Below are positions 48,790 to 59,984 of a stretch of DNA of 64,000 nt, one piece after another. Position numbers and translations under genes: made by a program. Location of the stretch: the NCBI GenBank assembly GCA_964035575.1, contig OZ037842.1, positions 310,001 to 374,000 on the forward strand, in the 5' to 3' direction. A model generated the notes under the pieces. It saw nothing but the letters and a program-made list of their open reading frames with translations, made no database searches and was not told the DNA's origin. The stretch is from Rhynchopus sp. YZ270_cl-10. Taxonomy: Eukaryota. Each line of letters begins with the position of its first letter. Position 1 is the first letter of the stretch.

Positions 48790-50172
48790 TCACCTGGAGC
48801 CAGGGAGGATGGTGGACATGCTTCTTGGGTTTGCACCTTCCTTCAAGGATGGGACCATCACTTTTGCGCGACAGATCGGACATCCGGGGATTTTCGAGCG
48901 TGAGAGCTGTGTTTTGTGTGTTGCAAAATATGCCCCCAAAAAACCCCCCCTACATACGGAATGTTGGACGTATTGCTGCATGCACGCCAGTCTCAGTCGG
49001 TGTCCACATTGCAGTCTGACGCACGATGTTTCGTTCAGTTCTTCCAAACAGACAGGGCAAGAGCCGTCCTGTCCATCTGAGTCTGAAGACTTAGGGACAA
49101 GGGAGGTGTGTTCTGTGGGCTCAGAGTCGTCTGGAACAGGGACCTCGCCGCCTTCTTGGTTCTTTTGTTCTTGCTTCTTTTTCTTTTCTTCTTCTTGGTG
49201 GTCTTTGTCGTTTGCGTGCAGCTTTTTGAGCAGCTCTGCGTATTCGTCCTTCAGCTTTTCGATGTTTTTGTCCTCAAGCTCGTCTCCACCACTGGAGTAA
49301 GCAGACTGGAACTGACGCACCCGAGAGCGCACAACCCACACTAGCAAGCTTGTTAGGAGAAGCAGGACAGCAGCCACCCCACAGGCCCACCAGGGGAAGA
49401 GCTGCGTGAACTGGTCCCAGTCGTAGCCGTTTGCGTCGATGCAGCAGTCGTCTAATGTATACACACTGCAATTTAAAGGGTAGACAGGGAGACCAACAAA
49501 AGAGGGAATTTCAGTACGGTGGGGATCGGTACTGTTCAGTGGCAAATCACCGGAGGGTTTCAAAAAAGGCGAAACCCCACTCTTTTTTTACAAACTCTAC
49601 CAAAAAGGGACATACCATCCATCAGAGGGTGCTTCTGTGCATGCTATCTTCGTCTCGTAGAGACATCCAGTTGGTACCAGGAACACATTCACGGGACACT
49701 GTTTGTTTGTGTATATTTTTTTTTGAAGACTTCGCAAAACACCGCAAAGGGGGTTCATTTGGTAGTGTTTTTCAAAGCAATCTTAGCATACCCTATCAGA
49801 CTGTGGGCCACTGATGACGGGGGTGGCGGAGCAGAAGCAGGCTGATCCGTTGTGGGGGCTGCTGGTGACGAAGGCGGTGACGTTGAGGGATCCGAGGGGG
49901 AGGGCGGGGGCGTCTTCACGCTCGAAGAAGTAGTCGAAGCATTCGCCCACACACTCTGCGCTGGTGATGTCGGAGGCCACGGCAGCAGCGCCGGACGGCA
50001 CCTCCTCGATGCACCCCTGCGAGTACAAGGCGCTATGGCTCTCCACCCAGCTCCCATACTTGATAGTACATCTCAGCTCCGGCACGGTCCACGGCCCCGT
50101 AGGCAGCCACTTCCCTTCAACTGCAAAACACCCCACCAAAACCGCAATGCACTGAAGCCGACATATCCCCAT
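48790..50172 (-). CDS. Signal peptide, Cys-rich (WSC/PAN-like) ectodomain, TM and RING-like finger protein; 4 exons (50172-49792, 49698-49616, 49465-48958, 48906-48790), ~362 aa
   Basis: Three GTATG...CAG introns (93, 150 and 51 nt) join two separate track ORFs and an 83-nt exon in frame. RING-like CPVC...CGHRLRLAC...CPIC. Confidence 0.8.
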
Positions 50173-51423
50173 TGTTGATACGCTGAGTGTAAACCTCCTG
50201 GGAGATGTTCAAAATGTTAGAGTGGGAGGGAGGGGAGGAGGAGGGGAAGTATGCAGGGTTGTTTCTAGGGGGGTCGGGGGGGTCAATTTGACCCCCCCCG
50301 GGGGGTCAATTTTACCCCCAGAATCTGGCACGGTGCGCTGGTCAGCCTCATCCCCCTGTAAAAAATTACATATTTTCCCCCGAACTGTTTCCACCCACCA
50401 CCAGTGTTGGCACTGGTGAAGAGCGACAACACCCGCACCGACTACACTACGTGGAACGGTGATGGGAGTGAGAAAAAAGATTTGGCGAAAAGAATAAAAG
50501 TAGCGTACCGTGCGCCTGCGGCGCAAGCTTACATCACACCCTTCCCATGACATAGTTTGGCTGTAAAATAGTGCAATTTTAAGCGCAAATTTTGAAATGT
50601 TGCGTACCGTGGCTTCGCCAGGAACCTTTGGGTGCCATGGCCACCGTTTCTTTACCTGTTTCATACCCTCACAGAAGCTACATATCACCATGATATTCTG
50701 AAGCTTTGGGGTATGGGGTTTTCTCGATGAGATCGAGGCTTCGTCGAGAACGCTCGGAATACACCCAAAAACCCTTGAAAGACCATTTTTTCCCGGCGGA
50801 AAAAAAATTTTTTTGGGAAAAAAATTGACCCCCCCCCGAGAAAAAAAAACGAGATCCTAGAAACAACCCTGGAAGTATGACAAAAACTAGACGATATCAT
50901 CCGCCAACTGATGTTGATAACAATAAAAATATAACAGTGTTTTTCGTTGAACGCAGCCAAATAGGGGTAAAAATCTGTTTGGCGCAAGGTGAAAGGAATC
51001 AAGGGGAAATACTGTTATACAAGATCTGAACGTTGGCTTTCTTTTTGTCTAGTTTCTTAATACACTACGTGTTTGGAACAAAAAAAAAAAATGAACATTT
51101 TTTTTGAAAACTTTTTTTTACCATTCCGTTGAGGGAACGGGGTATGTGCGTCCCTGGAAGCTTCAAGAAAATGGAGTCGGCGGGCTGAACAACAAAAAAG
51201 TATATAAAAAAAGGTGGAACAAAAGAGAAGTTGAAAATGTGCAAAACGCCTCCGTTTACCGGAGGACGCAGGCACGGAACAAATAATAAAATATAAAATC
51301 ACGAAGGTTGTTTTTTCGCTTTCACACGGACACAGTTGTGTGAAGCGCACTCGAACATAATACTGGGTACCTCTTTTGTTTGGTACAGTTGTTAACGTTG
51401 TTTTGCAAGCATCAGTCTGATCT

Positions 51424-52416
51424 TCAGAAGTCGATGGCAGAGATGGAGGCCTCAATGCCACACTCGTTCACACCACGTGCGATCTTGAAGAATCCACCGT
51501 CTCCCCACATCTCGTTCCAGGAGTTCTTCACGGTCCAGTACTTCTGGCCGGCCTCAACACCGTATCCCACAATCTCGACGGCGTGTCCACCAAGGTAGGA
51601 TCCGGTGGTGTGCTTGTACACTCCGCTCTTGTAGGTGGGGAAGTCGGAGTACACCTGGAAGGCGGCAGACAGAGGTCCCGACTGGAGGGCCGTCACGATG
51701 TCCTCCTCTCCAGACACGGAGTAGGCCTTGGCACCCTTCACCTTGTCGGCCTCGTACTGGCCACCGTAGTTGGGGGAGCACGACTCGCTGCACGACGGGG
51801 TCGGGTACTCAGAGGTGGGGCAGGCAGGGTACTTCGAGGTGGCGGGCACGTGGTGTGCGCAGGGCGCCAGGGTGTAGGGGCGGCAAGAGTTCTTGTCCTG
51901 GTAGTCTCCTCCGGTCACAACTCCGGTCTTGGTCATCCACTCAAGGGCGGCTCCCGGCTGTCCTCCGTTGCATCCCATGGAGAATCCACATGCGAATCCG
52001 TGGCAGCACGAGGCAGTGTCCTCAGTGCTCATCAGCTTGTCAATTCCCTGGTGGATGCAACGACGGTCCTCGAAGGTCTCGGTGGATCCGAACGCCCAGC
52101 ACGATCCGCACGACGACTGGTCGCGCACGTGGGAGATCACGCTGCAGTTCGACCACTGGGTACGTGCGTCGAAGTCGGTGGGGTTGGCCGAGAGCGGCTT
52201 GCGCTCGATCTTACCCGCCGGGAGGTGGACGTACTTGGGGTGGTCCCTCAGCCATGCGCCGCAGAGGGTCCTGACCTCGTCAGTGCCGTTGAAGCGGGTC
52301 GGGCGCTCGGCCTTCCATCCGCTCTGCACGCTGTTGACCTTCTGGGCGATGGTCTCGAACTCCTCAGCAGAGACTGTGGTGGCCGCAAGGGCCATCAGCA
52401 TCATACCGCGCTGCAT
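51424..52416 (-). CDS. CTSB: Cathepsin B-like cysteine protease (papain family C1A, 330 aa)
   Basis: Signal peptide and propeptide, QSSCGSCWAF (catalytic Cys), GCNGG, occluding-loop CAHH, GGHAV and KNSW. Confidence 0.97.
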   Translation of the reverse strand: MQRGMMLMALAATTVSAEEFETIAQKVNSVQSGWKAERPTRFNGTDEVRTLCGAWLRDHPKYVHLPAGKIERKPLSANPTDFDARTQWSNCSVISHVRDQSSCGSCWAFGSTETFEDRRCIHQGIDKLMSTEDTASCCHGFACGFSMGCNGGQPGAALEWMTKTGVVTGGDYQDKNSCRPYTLAPCAHHVPATSKYPACPTSEYPTPSCSESCSPNYGGQYEADKVKGAKAYSVSGEEDIVTALQSGPLSAAFQVYSDFPTYKSGVYKHTTGSYLGGHAVEIVGYGVEAGQKYWTVKNSWNEMWGDGGFFKIARGVNECGIEASISAIDF

Positions 52417-53561
52417 TGTTGTTTGGTTGAGTCTGTGGGGTGGGTGTGGTGGGTGTGGTATGGTTTGATAACGGATTTAGAGTGGGGTAACGCCTGGAAC
52501 GGAGTATAGCCCACTGGGTGTGGTCTGGTGTGAATGATGTCCAGTGAGGGTAATTCTTGCGCAGAATATAGCCCTTTGGTGTGGTGTGGCACTTTATCTC
52601 CGTAATACAGATAGACGATGAGTGAGTTGCGGTGCCTTGCACGCACAAAGTACAGGGAAATATGAGGGTGGGTAGTTGTTTTTTGAACACAATTTTGAAG
52701 ACGAGATAAATGAAAGCAGCATTCCACAAAAGAGAGAGAGAGAGAGAGAGAGAGAGTAAATAAAAGAAAAACGGCGAGGGTATTGAAGGTGGTCTCGCGT
52801 TTCTCAATCTTTGAAAAGGGAAAAGTTGGGAAGATGAGCAGCCTCGCCACCGCGCTGTCACCATATAAAAAGCTTTACGAAAACAGAAGGGAAAGGAGTG
52901 CGTGTCTTGCACAGAACACCCCTGAAACAAAATTTGACTTGAAATGCAAAGACCTATCGTGACAGTGTACCTTTGGTACATGGACCCTAACCATACAGTC
53001 CTGCATCCGTTTCGTGGTTTACATCTGAAAAAAAACAGAATAGAAAACTTGAAAAGATGACTGGTACCTCTCGTGCACAGAGATGAACAAAACCATGAGA
53101 CAACGCGTGAATGGGGTTCTCACGTGGTTTGGAACACAACAAAACGAAAAAAAAAGGAAAAAGAAAAGAACAAAAAGCAACCACAACACTGAAACAGTCT
53201 CGCTATATTAACCAGGAAGGACATTTCGTTTTGTTTTTTTTTTGTTTTTTTGCGAAGGTTTCCTGACGCATTGCATTTTGAGTTCACCAAACCTAAAGGC
53301 AAAAACACCATTGCTGCATTCAGGTCCACAAAAAGGAAGCGTTGCCACACATAAACCACACATGGACAACTTTCCCCAGGAATTTACCCAAAAATGTTCA
53401 AAACATCCTCTGGGTTTCGCTTTTTATCCAACCAATGTTTTAATAATAGCAAGACAATTTCTTTTAACACAATTCTCCTTTTCGAGCACATTACACAACC
53501 CCCAAGCAAAGGTGCGACAAAGCAACCATAAGCGCGGGAACTTCTCTTAACTACCAACCGT

Positions 53562-54914
53562 TCACATCACCCTGTAGAAGACAGACTCATGCGGCCTGAG
53601 AGTGGACGGCACCTGGGTGGTGTGCTGGGAGGACTCCTTCGTCCAGATGTTCTTCAGGGTGTACGCATCTTTTCCAAGGCCGAGGTCTGAGAACGCTGTT
53701 GCCACAGTCGCATTGGTCTCCCCCATGTTGAACACCGCAAATGCTTTGTCCCCTGAAGCAAGCTCTGCCAGCCACGTCGCAACACATGGCAATCCTGTTG
53801 CATTGGCCACGATATTGCATGACCCAGTCGTCTCTCCTTTGCAGGTGCAGTTCCCTTCGTATTTGATGACGCGGTTGTGCACGCCGTGGTCGTGAAATTC
53901 AAGCGCATCAGTGTTGGTCGTGTATGAGAGGGTGATGTTGTCAGCGGGAAGGTGTCCAGCCTCCATAAGGGGGGACCGTGCGATCATCCAGAGCGTGGCA
54001 ATGGTTTGGCTTCTGTCGTACTTTTCTGCCCCGGAGTTCCAGTTGTCCTTGGCGAGAGACATCATGTCGAGGTCTGGGTATGTGTTCTTATATCCGTTGA
54101 GGTTTGCCGCAGAGAAGTTGCCGGCAATGAAGAGCGACTGCTGCACGCCACCCCAGCCACCCCATCCGCCGTGGAAATCGGTTGTAACACGGTACATCCC
54201 ACACATCTCATTGTCGGCAGCCCATTTGCCATCATCAGGGTGGTTCTGCCCTCCCGGAGAGTACGACAACACCACCGAACGGTCCACATTGCGCACTGCA
54301 TTCGAGAACAGCTCCATCTCCCCATAGTAGCATCCACCACTTGAACACATCATGCAATCACATTTGATGAAGTCGACACCATACGCATTCATTTGGTCCA
54401 CCCTCGATTGGTAGTACGCAGCAGCTCCAGGGTGGGAGGCGTTGATGCCAAGCCATGCGCTTGCCCAGTGGCAGGACCCATTCGCAGCGCCTCCAGTTCT
54501 GTTCTGGTCAACCATCTCAGCAAGGGTGTAGTTCGTTCCCTTGACCGTAGGGGACGGGGTGCGTCCGGCCACATCCTCAAGCACGCCACGGATCGCATAG
54601 AGCCCCATCTTCAGACCCATAGCATGGATCTCATCGACCATCCCTTTGAAGTCTGGGTAGCGCGCAGGGTCCGCGATGGGGACACCGTTCACATCGTACA
54701 CCGTGGACCACCCTGAGTCCATCGTGAACGTATCGTACCCATGCGCCAAGTAGTCATCCGCAAACTGCTTGGCCAAAGCAATAACCTTCGTCTGGTTCAG
54801 TCCGCTCCCTTTGTAATGATCGAATGAGTTGAACCCCTTTGGGGGGGTATCAGGAAACACCATCACACCAGACACCAGGGCAGGAACACATAACAGAGAA
54901 AGTGTACGAAGCAT
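53562..54914 (-). CDS. Secreted glycoside hydrolase family 27 (alpha-galactosidase-like, 450 aa)
   Basis: Signal peptide, TPPKGFNSF, TMDSGW, IKCD (nucleophile), YRVTTD (acid/base), YPDLDM and a C-terminal beta-sandwich. Confidence 0.93.
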   Translation of the reverse strand: MLRTLSLLCVPALVSGVMVFPDTPPKGFNSFDHYKGSGLNQTKVIALAKQFADDYLAHGYDTFTMDSGWSTVYDVNGVPIADPARYPDFKGMVDEIHAMGLKMGLYAIRGVLEDVAGRTPSPTVKGTNYTLAEMVDQNRTGGAANGSCHWASAWLGINASHPGAAAYYQSRVDQMNAYGVDFIKCDCMMCSSGGCYYGEMELFSNAVRNVDRSVVLSYSPGGQNHPDDGKWAADNEMCGMYRVTTDFHGGWGGWGGVQQSLFIAGNFSAANLNGYKNTYPDLDMMSLAKDNWNSGAEKYDRSQTIATLWMIARSPLMEAGHLPADNITLSYTTNTDALEFHDHGVHNRVIKYEGNCTCKGETTGSCNIVANATGLPCVATWLAELASGDKAFAVFNMGETNATVATAFSDLGLGKDAYTLKNIWTKESSQHTTQVPSTLRPHESVFYRVM

Positions 54915-55055
54915 TTTTTCGCTTTTTAAAATCTGGTTGTGAGGAGATAGTAGAGGTAGTAAGTAAGGGGGGGGAGTTGTGTTGGTGTGGGGGGGAAAAA
55001 GGTCGCATTTTTCTTTGTAAATCAGAATCTAGAATTAGGGTAGGTGTAGGGGGGG

Positions 55056-56531
55056 CTACTCCTCGTCGTGTCTGTGGGTCTTCTTCTTCTTCTTCCGCTT
55101 CCGCTTCTTCTTCGTTGGTGCTGGCGTCTCCTCTGTCTCGTCTGACTCGCTTTCTCCGTCTTCTGTATATGGCTTGACTGTACTCCGCATTTTTTGCTTC
55201 GCATTTTCGACAAAAAAATTTTCATATCCAGGCTTTGAGAGCGACGTGCCTTGAGGTGGCTTCCAGTTGATATTGAAGTCAATTTCACACTCATTTTGTA
55301 TTGAGTTGATGTTCCCGTCTGCACAAAACGGAGGTTTCGCGACAAAAGGACTGAACTCGATAAGACCGAACCTCCACCCTCCATTCGCCTTGCCCAATGC
55401 GTAGTTCCGCTCTTGGTCGGTTGTCTTCCAATATGAATCTTTGCCATCCTTTTTTTTAAGATGTGAATAATCATGCTTCTGATGAATTGCGGTTAACATA
55501 TGCGAAATATCCACCACCGGCCCCCCTGAAGTAATAGCCTTATGTACCAACCAATTATCATATGCGGGACGACCAATCCGGAATGCCGGAAATTTTTGCA
55601 AATCAACGAAAAAATCGTGAGAAAATAAAAAGAAGTCCTCTGCGTCAGTCCGATCCGTCGCACCAGGCCCTTCCAGTTTTCCCCGATAACCCCCTTCCGC
55701 CGATACCAACGTTGATTCACCCCAATTTGCAGACAAAATCTTCCCTTCAACCTCAATAGTCTTCCGATGCCCTACCGCAAAGAACTTCGTAAATTTTTTC
55801 CGCAATACATCGACACTTTGTCCGAGCTGGTGAGGAGGGAGGATGATGTCTCCATTTATGAACATAATTGAGACAAAAGGGGTGCCCGATGCTATCAGAG
55901 AATCTGCGCGGAGTGCGAGAATTGCCATCATTGACGATAGTAAAGGGATTTTAGAGCCTTTTGAAACAACGAAAATGTCTTCAGATTCACTGCCTTCTTC
56001 CACTCCGTTACGGTGTATAGTGAGCTGTGTGGGATCGATGTTGGATACGTCAAAAGTATCGTCCTCTGAAGCAAATATATGCACCTCCACATCCCTGTTG
56101 AGTGTCCATGAACGAATGGCATTCCATTGAGCGTCGCAGATCTTGGTTGAATCGGTGCAACTCTTTAGTGACGTTGCTACAATAATTGAATGTGGCGTTG
56201 TCTGCACTGCTTTCTTCGGCTTTTTTTTCTTGGGTGGATTCGTTTCCTCCTTGACCTCTTTATGCACGCTTAATTCAAACGAAAACAACTCCGCCTCATC
56301 TGCTTCAATAGCACGCAACCGCCTTGCAATACCCTTTGCTCTATTCTGCGTATCCTTCTCAACAGCCTTCTGTGAAGTGAGAAGCTGCGAGCCTGCAGAA
56401 TACGTCTTCCGCATCGACACAAAGGCAACAGGCCACGACACCAACGCAACCATCATAGGCACTGCAAGCAAAACCAACGCACGTTGTAGCCGTGCATGGT
56501 TCATCGAACCCCCTTTCCCTGTGTAATACAC
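55056..56531 (-). CDS. Type II membrane glycosyltransferase-like protein (491 aa)
   Basis: N-terminal signal-anchor and stem, then GT-A-like motifs NAIRSW, MFINGDII and DFFLFS...FRIGRPAYDNWLV...AIHQKHDY. Basic/acidic tail. Confidence 0.75.
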   Translation of the reverse strand: MYYTGKGGSMNHARLQRALVLLAVPMMVALVSWPVAFVSMRKTYSAGSQLLTSQKAVEKDTQNRAKGIARRLRAIEADEAELFSFELSVHKEVKEETNPPKKKKPKKAVQTTPHSIIVATSLKSCTDSTKICDAQWNAIRSWTLNRDVEVHIFASEDDTFDVSNIDPTQLTIHRNGVEEGSESEDIFVVSKGSKIPLLSSMMAILALRADSLIASGTPFVSIMFINGDIILPPHQLGQSVDVLRKKFTKFFAVGHRKTIEVEGKILSANWGESTLVSAEGGYRGKLEGPGATDRTDAEDFFLFSHDFFVDLQKFPAFRIGRPAYDNWLVHKAITSGGPVVDISHMLTAIHQKHDYSHLKKKDGKDSYWKTTDQERNYALGKANGGWRFGLIEFSPFVAKPPFCADGNINSIQNECEIDFNINWKPPQGTSLSKPGYENFFVENAKQKMRSTVKPYTEDGESESDETEETPAPTKKKRKRKKKKKTHRHDEE

Positions 56532-57416
56532 CCCCTTGGTTTGAGAATGGGTTTAGGAGAGAAAAAGAGAGAAAGTGCTTCAGCAGGCACCGGGTTACAA
56601 AACCCCCAGAGAGCACTTTATTGGCATGGTTATGAAGGAGGGTGTATGTAGAGGTACAGTGTAATATTGGTGGAACGGTAGGGCGTTTTTAGGCCATCTA
56701 TGATCGTCACCGTGAGACACGTAACAGGCTGTGACAGCTTCTGAGTGCCTGTGAGAGTCTGTGAGAGTCTGTGAGAGCCTACTGAAGAGCTAGTGAAAAA
56801 ATCTCTCCCCGTCCACAGATGGCCCAGTTTTTTAAGCGTTCCAACAGTATTGTGTTCTAACATTTCCACATTAACGGTGGTCATTGCCATCCGGGAGGGG
56901 GGGTAGCGTATCACGTAAGGAAGACAGAAAGAGAAAGGTATCTTTTTTTTTGAAACAATGTGGACAGAAGTTGATGGGGTGAAAGGGGAGATTTCAGTGG
57001 GTTAAAAATAAAAATAGTTACAAAAAGAGCCTTGCAGGCAGGGTGCGTGCAGTTGTGCTGGGGGGAGGGAGGGGATGCGGGGATGTGATCTAAATAAATC
57101 TTTTACACAAAAATCAATTTCTAAAATAAAGGGCGATACACGAACAAGAGTTTTTTTTTTTTTTATGGCTTTTTTTTCAATAATCTGTTGACTGTAGCCG
57201 CCATTCAAACAGTCTTCACTATCATTTTGATTTTTTGAGGGGGAATCCTTTTATAAAAAAACGTAACAAAAAGGGGCGACAAAACAGCACGAATAATTCG
57301 TCATTTTCCCCCCCCTCCGACAATCACCCAAATCGGGTTCTGTACTCTACTCTCTACGACCGATTCTTCCCCCAATTTTTCCATTTTATTTTTTTTAAAA
57401 TTCACACAAATCTTCC

Positions 57417-59984
57417 TCAAACTCTCCGCAAGGACGCGAGCAGGTCGTTTGGAAACTTCAATTGTCTCCTTGTTGCTTCTCTTGGCTCTTTGGGGCGAGT
57501 AGTGTTGATCCCGACAGCCCCACCCTTTCGTAACATAGTTGTTGACTCTCTGCGCACAAGAGAAGGCGACGTTGCTGCAAGCACGATCCCTTCACAGGCT
57601 GACATCGCCTTAGAAGCACAGTTCTGCCACTGCACGCTCACACCCCCGCCCTCCAGACGTATCCTCGACTCCCTTAATACCGACACCGCACCCCACTGCT
57701 TTGTTTCTAGCGCATGATCCTCTGGTGTTTTCCCATCACAATCCTTTAGAGATACTGGCGTCCCTTTTGATACAAGATATCTTAAGCAGTCGCATTTTCC
57801 TTGGCGAGCCGCCCAATGAACTGCAAGCTTATCTTTGAAGTCCGGAATGTCAACACGAAGGTTTTTTACTTCAACGAGAAAGCGAAGGGTGGAGAGGTAG
57901 CCGTTGTATGCAGCCCATTGTACCATGCCGTGGCCTTCACTGTCGAGACCGTCGAAGGGGCAGTTTTTGACAGAGGAATGAAAGAATTGGAGAATATCGT
58001 TTTTGCCGTTTACCGCAGCATGAAAAAGAGCGGTGCATCCATCTGCATCACGGATTTGGTGATTAGCTCCTTGTTGGAGAAGGAGACGTACAATACGGAG
58101 TTGGCCTCCAATCGCTGCCCACATCAAAGGTGTTCTTCCCTTAGGGTCCGGCGCGTCGACGCATGCTCCTGCAGAAATTATGTATTCCGCAACCAAAGCC
58201 TCTCCGGTAACAGCAGCACGGTGAAGAGGAGTGGCCTCACCCTGTATGCCGTTCGGCGCAGCTGCCACACCGCATTCAGAAGGGGGTAGCGAAATGGAGT
58301 CGGAGCGTGCTTCGACGTTCGGAGGGGGGAGGGAGAGAAACAACGCCTCTGTTTGCTTCTCGGCAGGGTCTTCGTCGCGTTCAATGACGTCTAGTATATT
58401 AGCTTTGTGGGCAGCTCTGGGAGTCGCTTGGGTCACAATGTGACAAAATGTTGGTCCATTTGGCGTTTCGAGAGATGATTCTGAAGTGGATGTAGATGTG
58501 GGATCGATGGAGAGGGTTGTGGCTGTTGTGGTTGTTGTGGTTGTTGTGGTTGTTGCGGCGATGTGCATGCTAGAAGAATCAACAGAAACAGCCTGCTCTG
58601 AGATCGCATCGCACTGTGGGTCTTCCACTGTAGCGCTTCGAGAATCAATTTCGGTTTCAGATTGGGTCATAACATCTTCGTGGTTCATGAGAAGCAACGC
58701 CATGTTTGATGTGAAGTTGTGGATGATTGGTGTCTCTTCTTCGTCGGGAATTTCTTTGCTTTCTTCTGTGGGTTCGGAGGTCTCTGCAGGCTCGGCAGGC
58801 ACTGCAGGAATCTCAGAAACGCTGTCAACAGGGCGATCTACCGAGCAATCCTCTTCCTCTTCACCTTCACGAACTAACGCATCCTGCACTTCACGGAGCA
58901 ATGCAAGGCTTGTCGCCTTTCGATTTGACACCAACGACATAAACGCGGAGACCCCTTCGGGGTATGCTTCTTCTCCGTTTTGCTCTGCTTCTGAGATGCT
59001 TCCGTCAGAGGCAGTCAGACTGCCACGTCGAGAGGATACAACCGACGCAGAATGTTTTGTTACAACTGTTGAAACGGTGACCCTCTTTTTCCCTTTGGAA
59101 GATGATGATGACGACGACGCAGATGAAATGGCTGTCTCCTCGCAGACCCCGGTCATGCACGCAGTCACCGCGCTTTTTGTCGAAAGCGGCACCGAAGCAG
59201 AATTCGCCACCAAATGGCTTGGCCACATATGAACGACCATCCCCCCCGCTACCCCCAGCGATCCGCACACATCATCATGAGTAGGCTGTGTAGGCTGCCT
59301 TCCGGTCTCATCCCCAAAGGAGAGAGCCTCCGGGACGACCCCCCATCTCGCAGCTATCCCTTTTTTAACCTGCCCAACGCTCGCTTTCCACCATTCTGCG
59401 GGTAATGTGACGTCCGGTCTGCACGATGTTCCGTCCTTTACTGTGATAACAGTACCGCTAGCTTGGGTGTGACGGACAATGAGTTGTTGTAGAAATGTGG
59501 TGCACTGTACATCCCCTGCACGGCGGGATTTGAGGAGAGGGGTCAACCCATCAGCGTCAAGCGAGAGGGGGTCTGCGCCTGCATCGGAGAGCGCTTGGAG
59601 GACGGCGATGTGGCCTTTGGTGGCGGCAGCGGAGAAGGGTGTTTCGTCCTCACTGTCTGCAATGTCTACTGAGGCGTTTGCAGCGAGAAGGACACGAACG
59701 CCTTCAACACACCCCGCAAGCGCGGCTATGAATAGGGCTGTCTGCCCATCGTCGTCCCGAATGTCAGGGTCCGCTCCTGCCTGTAACAGAGCAGCAGCCG
59801 CATCAGTGTGTTGGTTCCACACCGCCCAGGCAAGAGGTGTCATGCCATTCCGATCGGCGCGGTCGATAACACCAAGAGCGACAGCACGTCCAGCCTCGGC
59901 ATGGATGTTGCGCATGTCGCCCTCCTTAGAAGAACGAACCAAACGGGAAACTACCTCATCTGAGCCAGCTTCCTCAAGACTCAT
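57417..59984 (-). CDS. Ankyrin-repeat protein with N- and C-terminal ANK clusters, central ubiquitin-like segment and low-complexity linker (~855 aa)
   Basis: Repeated GxTPL/TAL ankyrin motifs at both ends. Likely start MSLEEAG at 59984. The track ORF extends upstream into a family C repeat. Confidence 0.9.
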   Translation of the reverse strand: MSLEEAGSDEVVSRLVRSSKEGDMRNIHAEAGRAVALGVIDRADRNGMTPLAWAVWNQHTDAAAALLQAGADPDIRDDDGQTALFIAALAGCVEGVRVLLAANASVDIADSEDETPFSAAATKGHIAVLQALSDAGADPLSLDADGLTPLLKSRRAGDVQCTTFLQQLIVRHTQASGTVITVKDGTSCRPDVTLPAEWWKASVGQVKKGIAARWGVVPEALSFGDETGRQPTQPTHDDVCGSLGVAGGMVVHMWPSHLVANSASVPLSTKSAVTACMTGVCEETAISSASSSSSSSKGKKRVTVSTVVTKHSASVVSSRRGSLTASDGSISEAEQNGEEAYPEGVSAFMSLVSNRKATSLALLREVQDALVREGEEEEDCSVDRPVDSVSEIPAVPAEPAETSEPTEESKEIPDEEETPIIHNFTSNMALLLMNHEDVMTQSETEIDSRSATVEDPQCDAISEQAVSVDSSSMHIAATTTTTTTTTTATTLSIDPTSTSTSESSLETPNGPTFCHIVTQATPRAAHKANILDVIERDEDPAEKQTEALFLSLPPPNVEARSDSISLPPSECGVAAAPNGIQGEATPLHRAAVTGEALVAEYIISAGACVDAPDPKGRTPLMWAAIGGQLRIVRLLLQQGANHQIRDADGCTALFHAAVNGKNDILQFFHSSVKNCPFDGLDSEGHGMVQWAAYNGYLSTLRFLVEVKNLRVDIPDFKDKLAVHWAARQGKCDCLRYLVSKGTPVSLKDCDGKTPEDHALETKQWGAVSVLRESRIRLEGGGVSVQWQNCASKAMSACEGIVLAATSPSLVRRESTTMLRKGGAVGINTTRPKEPREATRRQLKFPNDLLASLRRV

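Noticed and set aside
56610..56630. ACTTTATTGG resembling the 3' end of a euglenozoan spliced leader
   Set aside because: Only ~10 nt match, the rest of the leader is absent, and it is on the non-gene strand.
56692..56825. Possible MITE (GGCCATCT...AGATGGCC) with (GTGAGAGTCT) repeats
   Set aside because: The inverted repeat is short and imperfect and there is no matching TSD, so support is insufficient.
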